Below are positions 38,192 through 46,381 of a stretch of 64,000 nt of DNA, one piece after another (within the stretch, counting starts at the first letter, position 1; each line of letters starts with the position of its first letter). The notes below the pieces were generated by a model. It worked only from the letters and a program-made list of their open reading frames with translations, searched no databases and was not told the DNA's origin. The translations under genes and the position numbers were made by a program. Source of the DNA: an uncultured Chryseobacterium sp. (lineage in GTDB: Bacteria; Bacteroidota; Bacteroidia; Flavobacteriales_F; PHOS-HE28); the NCBI GenBank assembly GCA_964649165.1, contig CAZYPC010000001.1, positions 31,529 to 95,528 on the forward strand, in the 5' to 3' direction.

Positions 38192-40252
38192 CTAGCGCCG
38201 CCCTGCTCCGGCGTATTGGTCGAGCCAGCCGAACACCGTGCTGTACCACTGCTTGGAGTTGCGCGGCTTCAGCACCCAGTGGTTCTCATCCGGGAACCGC
38301 AGGAAGCGCGACGGCGTGCCTTTGGCCTGCAGCGCGGTGAACGCGCCGATGCCCTGCTCCACAGGTATGCGGTAGTCCAGGTCGGAGTGGATGATGAGCA
38401 TCGGGACCGTCCAATCCTTCGCGTGCAGTGCGGGGTTGAAGGTGTCGTAAAGCTCCGGTCGCGTGAACGGTGAGCCGCCCTGCTCCCACTCATCGAACCA
38501 CATCTCCTCGGTGGTGTAGCCCATGCCGCGCGAATCGAAGACGCCGTCGTGCGACACCAGGCATTTCCACGGCTCCTTCCAATTGCCGGCGATCCAGTTC
38601 ACCATGAAGCCGCCGTAGGATGCACCGAGAGCGGCCGCGCGGTCGCTGTCCAGGAACGGGTATGTTTTCAGGGCGTGGGCCCAGCCCTTCTTCAGGTCCT
38701 CCAGCGGGCGGTCGCCCCAGTGCTGGCTAATGGCGTCGCAGAACGCCTGTCCATAACCCGTGCTGCCGTGGAAGTCGATCATCACCACCGCGTATCCCGC
38801 CCCGGCATAGCTCATCGCGTTCCAGCGGTAGGTCCAGATGTCGCCGAAGCTGCCTTGCGGACCGCCATGGATGAGGAAGGCGACAGGGTACTTGCGCCCC
38901 TCCACGTATCCGGCCGGTTTCACCACGTAGCCGTACACCGTCTCATTGTTCCATCCGGGGAAGTTGAATTGCTCGTAGGCACCGAACTCCTTGTCCTTGA
39001 GTGACGCGTTCACGCGTGTGAGGTTCACCGCGCCCTCGTCGATGAGCAACGCCTTCTCCTTCGCCGCGTAGAGCACCGCTGGGCTGTTCAGCGCGCTCTT
39101 CAGGAACACGAAACCCTTCGGTGTCCAGCGGAACGCATCGATGTGCCCGTCCTTCGACAGCGCTGTGACTGCCCCGCTTTTCACGTCGATGCGGAAGAGC
39201 TTGTGCTTGCCGAGGTCGTCGGCCGTCACCAACAAGCTCTTGCCGTCAGGGCTCCAGGTCATCTGGTCCACGCTGCGGTCCCAGCCGGGTACCAGCGGGG
39301 TCACTGCGCCCGTGCTCAGGTCGCGCAGTTGCAGCTCGAAACGGTCGGCCTCGAACCCCGGCCGCTTCATCGCCTTGTAAGCCAGTGTTCTCCCGTCCGG
39401 GGACACGCACGGGTTCGCATCCCAGGCCGGGTTGGAGGCGGTGAGGTTCGTGAGCGCGCCTCCCGTAATGGCCACGCTGTACACATCGAAATTGGTGCTC
39501 CACGGTTCGGTGGTGCCAGCCAGCCGCGCGCTGAAGTACACGGTCTTCGAATCCGGCGCGATCCAGAAGTCGTTCTCGTCGCCGAACGGTTTCGAAGGCA
39601 CATCCCCATCATAGCCCTGCGTGAGCGCGGTGACCTTGCCGCTGCCGATATCCACATGGAACAAGTGGTTGCGCGTGCCGTCCGCCCACTCGTCCCAGTG
39701 CCGCACGAAGACCTTGTCGAACACCGAGCCGCTGCCCATCTTCTTTTTCTCGCGCCATTGCGCCGTCAGGCCCGGTTCATCTCCCTTCACCGACGGCAGT
39801 ACCGACATGGACAACACGAGGCCGGTGCCGTCCGGGGTTACCCGGAACGCGCCGACGTCCAGCGGCAACCGTGTGACCTGCCGGGCCTGTGAGCCGGCGA
39901 TGTCCGTGGTCCATACCTGCATGCTGTGACCGCCTCCACGGCCTGATAGGAAATAGATGCTCTTACCGTCGGGTCCCCATTGCGCGCCGGCAGCTCCACT
40001 ATCCGAAACAGCGAGCCGCACCTCAGGTGTCGTGGGAGCACCCAGGTCCTTCAACCACAAGGAGGACACACCCTTGTTCTTCTCCATGTCGGTGGCTCGC
40101 ACGTTGAACAGGGCATGGCGCCAAGTGGGGTCCACGTCCAACCCACTGATGCGGTCCAGCATCAGCAGGTCGTCCACGGTGAAGGGTGTGCGCTGCGCCA
40201 GGGCGAGGGCGGGCAAGAGCAGAACGAGCGGGAGGAACGGACGGCGATGCAT
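38192..40252 (-). CDS. S9 family serine peptidase (propeller + alpha/beta hydrolase)
   Basis: Start reset to MHRRPFLPLVLLLPALALAQ. Nucleophile elbow GASYGGFMVNW, followed by DLDYRIP and ENHW blocks. Confidence 0.85.
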   Translation of the reverse strand: MHRRPFLPLVLLLPALALAQRTPFTVDDLLMLDRISGLDVDPTWRHALFNVRATDMEKNKGVSSLWLKDLGAPTTPEVRLAVSDSGAAGAQWGPDGKSIYFLSGRGGGHSMQVWTTDIAGSQARQVTRLPLDVGAFRVTPDGTGLVLSMSVLPSVKGDEPGLTAQWREKKKMGSGSVFDKVFVRHWDEWADGTRNHLFHVDIGSGKVTALTQGYDGDVPSKPFGDENDFWIAPDSKTVYFSARLAGTTEPWSTNFDVYSVAITGGALTNLTASNPAWDANPCVSPDGRTLAYKAMKRPGFEADRFELQLRDLSTGAVTPLVPGWDRSVDQMTWSPDGKSLLVTADDLGKHKLFRIDVKSGAVTALSKDGHIDAFRWTPKGFVFLKSALNSPAVLYAAKEKALLIDEGAVNLTRVNASLKDKEFGAYEQFNFPGWNNETVYGYVVKPAGYVEGRKYPVAFLIHGGPQGSFGDIWTYRWNAMSYAGAGYAVVMIDFHGSTGYGQAFCDAISQHWGDRPLEDLKKGWAHALKTYPFLDSDRAAALGASYGGFMVNWIAGNWKEPWKCLVSHDGVFDSRGMGYTTEEMWFDEWEQGGSPFTRPELYDTFNPALHAKDWTVPMLIIHSDLDYRIPVEQGIGAFTALQAKGTPSRFLRFPDENHWVLKPRNSKQWYSTVFGWLDQYAGAGRR

Positions 40253-40411
40253 GGGACGTATTTGTGGGCGAAAGCTATCGTCCTTCCGGTCGTACCGACC
40301 GCGGCCTCGATCCCGGCCGCCACTTGCTCGTCCGCGCATACCCCTTTACGGGGGGCGTCGCAGTTTCGCACCGTCAACAACGAACAACAACCAAACAAAC
40401 ACTTATCAAAC

Positions 40412-40801
40412 ATGGCATTCCGCGCAGACCTTGAGATGAACGGCAAAACGTACCGCCTGCTGCATTGCAGCTACGCCCTGAACCGCGATGTGGACCACAC
40501 AGGCCGCCCCGCGAGCGAAGTGAAGGGGGGCACGGTCTCCTTCGAGATCGAAAGCACGGAGGATACCTCCATCTGGGACCTGATGATCGCCCAGTTCAAG
40601 AGCACCGACGGCACCATCACCTTCAAGAAGCGCGACGAGGACGCCAAGATGAAGGAATTGAAATTCGAGACCGGCTACGTCGTGGCCCTGAGCGAGAACT
40701 TCGACAGCACGGGTGGGAACCCGATGAGCCTGAGCTTCACGGTGAGCGCCAAGAAGCTGACCCTGGGTAGCGAGGGCCTGGAGAACGAGTGGCCTATCTG
40801 A
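40412..40801 (+). CDS. tssD: TssD/Hcp-like tube protein (Bacteroidota T6SS-iii type), orphan
   Basis: 129 aa. MAFRADLEMNGKTYRLLHCSYALNRDVDHTGRPASEVKGGTVSFEIEST...TITFKKRDEDAKMKELKFETGYVV closely follows the Bacteroidota TssD family pattern as I remember it. This is the in-frame tail of the listed ORF 39980..40801. Confidence 0.7.
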   Translation: MAFRADLEMNGKTYRLLHCSYALNRDVDHTGRPASEVKGGTVSFEIESTEDTSIWDLMIAQFKSTDGTITFKKRDEDAKMKELKFETGYVVALSENFDSTGGNPMSLSFTVSAKKLTLGSEGLENEWPI

Positions 40802-40816
40802 GCCAGCTGAGACGGG

Positions 40817-40851
40817 AGCGCGGTCGTGGGGACACGGCCGCGCTTCTTTTT
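40817..40851 (+). terminator. Rho-independent terminator after the tssD-like gene
   Basis: Stem GCGCGGTCG (40817-40825) / CGGCCGCGC (40834-40842) with one mismatch, followed by TTCTTTTTT. Confidence 0.6.
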
Positions 40852-40886
40852 TGCAGCACCCATAGTGTGGGCTGCGGACAAAGGAC

Positions 40887-40910
40887 GGAGGCCCCATCCC
40901 TGGGGCCTCC
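40887..40910 (-). terminator. Hairpin downstream of the minus-strand gene ending at 40963
   Basis: Perfect 10-bp stem GGAGGCCCCA / TGGGGCCTCC with a 4-nt loop. The U-tract on the minus strand is weak. Confidence 0.4.
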
Positions 40911-40962
40911 GCCGTGTTCAAGCATTGCGACAAGGGGTCGCCCATGCGGGTCATTCCCGGCC

Positions 40963-41349
40963 TCAATGCTTCATCTCTTCCTTCTTCTTCTCGGTCAGAT
41001 CGCTTGTGCCCTTCTGGCGCATTTTCTCCCATTTGGCGTACTGCTCGGCATTCAATACCGTCTTCATCTCGCGGTCGCGCTCGGTCATCAATGCTGCGGT
41101 CTTGTCGCTCAGTTCCTTCTCTGTTGGCTTGGGCACTTGTTGTTCAATGGCTTCGTGCTTCTTCACATAGCGGTCGGCGATCTCCTTCACCTTCGCCTTC
41201 TGCTCATCGTTCAGCCCGAGCTGCACGTTGAGTTTTTCGGTATTCACGGCAACCCACGCCTTATCCATGGCATCGGGTTCGGTCGTCTGGGCCTGGGTGT
41301 TCATAACGCCCATAAGCGCGATCGCGCCGGCCAGGATCAGGTTCTTCAT
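40963..41349 (-). CDS. Periplasmic helical protein with LNxEQ repeats (paralog of 37670..38095)
   Basis: Start reset to MKNLILAGAIALMGVMNTQAQ. Motifs LNDEQKAKVKEI and LNAEQYAKWEKMRQKG. Confidence 0.55.
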   Translation of the reverse strand: MKNLILAGAIALMGVMNTQAQTTEPDAMDKAWVAVNTEKLNVQLGLNDEQKAKVKEIADRYVKKHEAIEQQVPKPTEKELSDKTAALMTERDREMKTVLNAEQYAKWEKMRQKGTSDLTEKKKEEMKH

Positions 41350-41636
41350 GTCCTTTGTGTTTGTCCATCTGATCGGTCCATTACCGGGCCACCTCTTGGC
41401 TAACCATCGATGAACATTCTCAAAGGCCCGCCACATCAGGGTTCCGTGCCAAGTGATCCTCATCGAGGCCCTGGTGGGCGTTGTGTACGGTCGTGCTCAG
41501 TGGTGGGGCGTGTTCGCCTCGTACATAGCCCGTCACCGGGCAGGGGAGCGACCTCCAGTGAGATGCTCCCGTTCATAAGTACCGCTTGCGCATACCGTGG
41601 ATCTGGTTAGCTTGGTCACACCATCCCCACCAGACC

Positions 41637-42599
41637 GTGCGCCTACTACCTGTTCTACCGTTCCTCGTGTACGCGTGCCTTCTGCCCGCCCGTGCGACCT
41701 CACAGTCCATCGCACCGGATGGCACCGTGAGCGCGGGTGGACATGGCACCGGCACGACCGCCATGCTGTCGTGGTCCCTCGGGCAGATCTCCGGTGCACA
41801 TCTCACCGGCAGCTCCAGCATCATCACGGCTGGCATTCAGCAGCCAGAGGTGCCGTGGGCACACCTGAGCGCTCGCGTACTTCTGGGTGGCCCGTACAAT
41901 ACCGTCTCGGCGCTGATGAACGACGGCCTCCGGACCGGCTCGCTCATCCCCGCTTCCGAGCCGTACACAGCAGCGGGCTTCGTGCACCATGGCGAAGGTG
42001 GCGGCGAACTGGTCTCCCCGGCCACACTCGCGGTCAGCGGCAGCAACGCGATCGTGGATTGGGTCTTCGTTGAGCTCCGCTCGGCGAGCCTTCCGCAGCA
42101 GGTGCTCTCCACCCGGTCGGCCCTGGTGCAACGCGACGGCGATGTAGTGGACACTGACGGAACATCTCCGCTGCGCATCAGCGCTATGCCCGGCAACTAC
42201 CATGTGGCCGTGCGCCACCGCAACCATCTGCCAGTGATGACGCTCAGCCCCGTGGCCCTGGGTCCCACCGCCACGACCGTCAACTTCATCGATGGTAGTG
42301 CGACCACCTACGGCACCGAGGCCCAGCGCCTGAACGGCGCCGTGCGCCACCTCTGGCCCGGTGATGCCACCGTGAACCAGCAGGTGAAATATACCGGAAG
42401 CGCCAACGACCGCGATCCCATTCTCATCGCCGTGGGCAGCACCACGCCCAACAACACCCTGGCCAACCAGTACAATCCGAAGGATGTGAACATGGACGGT
42501 TCGGTGAAGTACACCGGAACGAACAACGACCGTGACCCCATCCTGGTGACCGTGGGCAGCACCACACCCAACAACGTGCGCCCGGCCCAGCTTCCCTGA
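41637..42599 (+). CDS. Secreted hypothetical protein with two dockerin/EF-hand-like C-terminal repeats
   Basis: Probable GTG start giving MRLLPVLPFLVYACLLPARATSQ. Duplicated block VKYTG(S/T)(A/N)NDRDPIL(I/V)(A/T)VGSTTPNN. Confidence 0.55.
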   Translation: MRLLPVLPFLVYACLLPARATSQSIAPDGTVSAGGHGTGTTAMLSWSLGQISGAHLTGSSSIITAGIQQPEVPWAHLSARVLLGGPYNTVSALMNDGLRTGSLIPASEPYTAAGFVHHGEGGGELVSPATLAVSGSNAIVDWVFVELRSASLPQQVLSTRSALVQRDGDVVDTDGTSPLRISAMPGNYHVAVRHRNHLPVMTLSPVALGPTATTVNFIDGSATTYGTEAQRLNGAVRHLWPGDATVNQQVKYTGSANDRDPILIAVGSTTPNNTLANQYNPKDVNMDGSVKYTGTNNDRDPILVTVGSTTPNNVRPAQLP

Positions 42600-42614
42600 T
42601 ACCACCACCCGATC

Positions 42615-44525
42615 ATGCGACTTTCCACCATCTTCCTTGCCCTGCTGCCGCTGTCCGTTCTGGCGCAGGTCCCGCAGGCCTTCGAGTTCCAGGGTGCCGC
42701 ACGTGACCTCAGCGGCAACCTGCTCGTGTCCCAGGCCATCTCCCTGCGACTGGGTATTGTTTCCGGCACCAGCGGCGGGCCGCTGCTCTACCAGGAGACA
42801 CAGGCCACCACCACCAGCGCCCTGGGCCTCTTCACCGTGCAGGTGGGCAACGGCACGCCCGTGCTCGGCACCTTCGCCGCCATCGCCTGGAGCACCGGGC
42901 CCCGCTTCCTGAAGGTGGAGATGGACCCCGCCGCCGGGACCAGCTACCAGCACATGGGTACCACACAGCTCCTGAGCGTGCCCTACGCTCTTGAGGCCGG
43001 TAGCACGCCCTGCTTCACCGCCTCCGCCACGGGTGATACGCTCCGGCAGGGCAACGGCTGTTATCTGATCATCCCCGGTCTCAGCGCCGCCAACCCCACT
43101 TGCACTGACGCCGATGGCGATGGCTTCTTCAGTCTTGCCGGTTGCGGTACGGCCGTGGATTGCGACGATTCGAACCCGGCCATCAAGCCCGGCGCGACGG
43201 AGCTGTGCGACGGTATCGACAACAACTGCAGCGGTGCCGTGGATGAGGGCAACCCCGGTGGTGGCGCGGCGTGTACCACCGGCCAGGCCGGCGTATGCGC
43301 GAACGGGATACAGCAATGCGTGGGCGGTGCGCTCACATGCGTCCCCAGCCAAAGCCCTTCTACAGAAGTCTGCGACGGGCTCGACAACAACTGCAACGGT
43401 GCCGTCGACGAGGGCAACCCAGGGGGCGGTTTGTCGTGCAACACCGGCCAAGCAGGTGTGTGCTCGGCGGGCACTACCCAGTGCCAGAGCGGGGTCATCG
43501 TGTGCGTCGCCAACGTGAACCCCTCCGCTGAGGTCTGCGACGGGCTCGACAACAACTGCAACGGTGCGGTAGACGAGGGCAATCCCGGCGGGGGCGTCCC
43601 TTGCACCACCGGACAACTCGGGGTATGCTCGGCGGGCACCACCCAGTGCCAAAGCGGAGCCATCGTGTGCGTTCGCAACGTTAACCCCTCCGCAGAGATC
43701 TGCGACGGGCTCGACAACAACTGCAGTGGTGCGGTGGACGAAGGCAACCCGGGTGGCGGCATCGCCTGCAACACCGGACTGCTCGGCGTTTGCTCCACCG
43801 GCACCACCGCGTGCAGCGGTGGCGCGATCATCTGTGTGCAGAACGTATCAGCTACGGCCGAAGTGTGCGATGGGCTGGACAACAACTGTAATGGTGCCGT
43901 CGACGATGGTGCCGCCTCCGCATGCAATGACGGTCTCACCTGCACCACGGATGCATGCAGTTCGGGCACATGTACCAATACCGTGCAGGCGGGTTTCTGC
44001 CGTATCAGCGGTGTGTGCTACGCCAACGGCACCTTGCGACCCGGCTTCCCCTGCCAGGTGTGCAATTCATCGGTGAGCAACTCCGCCTGGAGCAACGTGA
44101 CCAGCGGGACCGTATGCGCCGCAGCAAGCTGCTCAGGAGGTGTCTTCACCGCGGCGAGCGTATGCAATGGTGCGGGGTCTTGCGTAGCCGGCTCCACGAC
44201 CAATTGCTCCCCGTACACCTGTAACACCGGTGGCACCGCCTGCCTTACCAGCTGCACCACCAGCAGCCAATGCGCATCAGGCTTCTACTGCAACGGCAGC
44301 ACCTGTGTGGCGTTGAAGGCCGCCGGATCACCTTGTGCCTTGAGCGGCGAATGTGCGAGCGGTTTCTGCGTGGATGGTGTGTGTTGCAGCACCAGTTGCA
44401 CCAGTACCTGCAAGCGTTGCAACATCGCCGGCTCGTTGGGCACCTGCTCGAATATCCCGGCTGGCACCGACCCTGACAATGAATGCACCGGCAACTGCAA
44501 TGGGGCCGGCGCTTGCGGGCCATAG
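42615..44525 (+). CDS. Secreted Cys-rich repeat protein (MopE-like 'putative metal-binding motif' repeats)
   Basis: Signal peptide MRLSTIFLALLPLSVLAQ. Five tandem (E)xCDG(L/I)DNNC(N/S)GAVD(E/D)G units, followed by a further Cys-rich tail. Confidence 0.7.
   Translation: MRLSTIFLALLPLSVLAQVPQAFEFQGAARDLSGNLLVSQAISLRLGIVSGTSGGPLLYQETQATTTSALGLFTVQVGNGTPVLGTFAAIAWSTGPRFLKVEMDPAAGTSYQHMGTTQLLSVPYALEAGSTPCFTASATGDTLRQGNGCYLIIPGLSAANPTCTDADGDGFFSLAGCGTAVDCDDSNPAIKPGATELCDGIDNNCSGAVDEGNPGGGAACTTGQAGVCANGIQQCVGGALTCVPSQSPSTEVCDGLDNNCNGAVDEGNPGGGLSCNTGQAGVCSAGTTQCQSGVIVCVANVNPSAEVCDGLDNNCNGAVDEGNPGGGVPCTTGQLGVCSAGTTQCQSGAIVCVRNVNPSAEICDGLDNNCSGAVDEGNPGGGIACNTGLLGVCSTGTTACSGGAIICVQNVSATAEVCDGLDNNCNGAVDDGAASACNDGLTCTTDACSSGTCTNTVQAGFCRISGVCYANGTLRPGFPCQVCNSSVSNSAWSNVTSGTVCAAASCSGGVFTAASVCNGAGSCVAGSTTNCSPYTCNTGGTACLTSCTTSSQCASGFYCNGSTCVALKAAGSPCALSGECASGFCVDGVCCSTSCTSTCKRCNIAGSLGTCSNIPAGTDPDNECTGNCNGAGACGP
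43200..43925 (+). repeat. In-frame 165-bp tandem repeat (4 full + 1 partial copies) inside the MopE-like gene
   Basis: Repeat-initial Glu codons fall at 43200, 43365, 43530, 43695 and 43860, an exact 165-nt period. The core TGCGACGGGCTCGACAACAACTGC is nearly identical in every copy. Confidence 0.9.
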
Positions 44526-44557
44526 GAACTTGACCGGTCCCTCGCGCACCCCGTTCT

Positions 44558-45550
44558 TCAGCGCAGCGTGAATCGCTGGGCCGCCCAGGCGCCAGTACCA
44601 CACAGGAGGTAGACTCCGGCTGCTGCGTTCTCCATGTGCAGCACCGTGCTGGTCGACCGTTCGACCATGCTCGTCACCCTGCGCCCCATGGAGTCCAGCA
44701 CACACAACGGCCCGAGCGCAGCGCCATCCGCTGAGGTGATCCGCAACAACCGGCCATCGAGCACGACCATCGGTGCGTTCGAGCGCTGATCACCGATGCT
44801 GTTGCTCATATCCACGCACGGCGTGTAGTAGTCGAACGGCACGGTGACCTGCGTGCCCGCGACCATCACGGCGGCGGGACCGATGTTCTCGAACATGTTC
44901 CCCTGCTGGCAGACACCGACGTTGTATTCCAAGCCCACGTTCTCGGGCTCTTGCACATGCAACGTGTAGTGCCCCGGCGGCAGGCATAGCTCCGCGAAGG
45001 CCTGTTGTTGGTCCTGCATGCTGATGCCGAGGGTCCCGCTCGCCACGGTAACACCCAGGCTGTCGCTCACCTGCCAGTTGAAGCTCGCGGTAAAGAGCTG
45101 ACCGCCACCGGCCATGTTGTAAAGGAACACCGTGAGCGGCGTGCAGCTATCCGGCGGACACAGGTCGGCATCCACGGCCCAGGTGCAGGTATCGATACCG
45201 TCCATATTGTAGTGCAGCAGGACGAGTTCGCCGGTGATGGGAGAGACCGGCAGGGCCGCACCGGGTACAAGGCTCAGGTGATGCGTCTGCGGCGCATGAC
45301 CGATGCCGAAGAACTCCATTGGTTCCACGGCCACCGTATCGCCACCGGCACCGATGAGATGGAACTGTGGGCCGCTGAAGAACAGTGTGCTCGTGTTGTG
45401 CACGTACACGTTCAACATCGAGTCGCTGAAGGGATGGTAGCGTATATGCAGGATGGCCAGGCTGTCGCACAGGTCCTGCGCGAACAGTGTGGCGGGGAAT
45501 GCGCAGGCCAAAGCTGATGCGCACAGCAGGCGGTGTCGGGAGGTGGCCAT
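44558..45550 (-). CDS. T9SS cargo protein, function unknown
   Basis: Start reset to MATSRHRLLCASALACAFPATLFAQ. The C-terminal part RLLRITSADGAALGPLCVLDSMGRRV...AAGVYLLCGTGAWAAQRFTLR is CTD-like. Confidence 0.65.
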   Translation of the reverse strand: MATSRHRLLCASALACAFPATLFAQDLCDSLAILHIRYHPFSDSMLNVYVHNTSTLFFSGPQFHLIGAGGDTVAVEPMEFFGIGHAPQTHHLSLVPGAALPVSPITGELVLLHYNMDGIDTCTWAVDADLCPPDSCTPLTVFLYNMAGGGQLFTASFNWQVSDSLGVTVASGTLGISMQDQQQAFAELCLPPGHYTLHVQEPENVGLEYNVGVCQQGNMFENIGPAAVMVAGTQVTVPFDYYTPCVDMSNSIGDQRSNAPMVVLDGRLLRITSADGAALGPLCVLDSMGRRVTSMVERSTSTVLHMENAAAGVYLLCGTGAWAAQRFTLR

Positions 45551-45630
45551 GGAGCAAAGGTGATGCGCTCCGCTAGCGCGGACATTGCACAGGACCGGGC
45601 AAGACTTGCAGACTTCCGTGCTCTTCTGCA

Positions 45631-45759
45631 CTAGTGCATGGCCGCAAAGGACAAGGCCAGCACCAGGAACAGCAGGCCGATGGCCCAGGCCGCGAGCAGG
45701 AGCGGATGCTTGCGCTCGAAAACGAAGTGGTCAGGGCAGTGGTAAGGGTCGGTGCGCAT
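45631..45759 (-). CDS. Candidate 42-aa single-TM micro-protein
   Basis: Hand-translated (below the ORF-track cutoff): MRTDPYHCPDHFVFERKHPLLLAAWAIGLLFLVLALSFAAMH. GC3 is high, and it lies about 80 nt upstream of the T9SS cargo gene. Confidence 0.3.
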   Translation of the reverse strand: MRTDPYHCPDHFVFERKHPLLLAAWAIGLLFLVLALSFAAMH

Positions 45760-46243
45760 GTCGTTAGTCCAAGATGGTCGGGCCCAGCGAGGGAAGTCAA
45801 GGGTTTATTCCTGGTGGATGGTGCGTGTCGCAGATCCATCGTCGTTGGGGGGGTGTGCTCCCGACAAACCCCAGCGGTGCGCAGAACATGCCCCGGACCG
45901 GAACGCGGAAATGAAGTCCGTTCGTTTGGCAAAACCGCAACAGTCGCAGCCAGGGAGGTTTCGGGCCGCCGTGGCACGCCTCATGCACCTCCCTTATCAC
46001 GCTCAGCATAGTTGAAGGAGAGGTCCTCCAGATGAGCTGAGCCAGACAGGCAGGAACCGGGTTCCTGCCTGTCGACTTTGGGGGACCTCTTGAACCTCGT
46101 GGTCCTCAGGTGAACGTCACATGCGCACAGAGAGGGTCCACCTGCTCAGTGCGGTACGCCGTTCGCGCAGTGGGATGTACGTCCAGTTGACGGGCGGTTC
46201 ACCTTCGTCACATCCGAACCCATCGAACAAACCCGTCCCTATC

Positions 46244-46381
46244 ATGCGTTATCTCCTTGTGAAACGATTCGCCTTCCTGCTGACCCTGGTGATGATCATG
46301 GCCTCCTGTGCCAGTAACAACGGCATGGTGCGCAAGTGCAACGGTAAACGCGGAGAGCGCGTGCCGATGGGGGTGTTGTGA
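46244..46381 (+). CDS. Tiny lipoprotein (45-aa precursor, 24-aa mature)
   Basis: ATG at 46244 gives MRYLLVKRFAFLLTLVMIMASC (lipoprotein leader) followed by ASNNGMVRKCNGKRGERVPMGVL. The last 17 codons are re-copied in the tandem repeat downstream. Confidence 0.5.
   Translation: MRYLLVKRFAFLLTLVMIMASCASNNGMVRKCNGKRGERVPMGVL

Noticed and set aside
43200-43925. Possibility that the 165-bp repeats (or the 122-bp repeats at 46327..46735) are a CRISPR array
   Set aside because: The units are directly abutting tandem copies with no unique spacers. They are far longer than CRISPR repeats and no cas genes are nearby. The first set is in-frame protein repeats.
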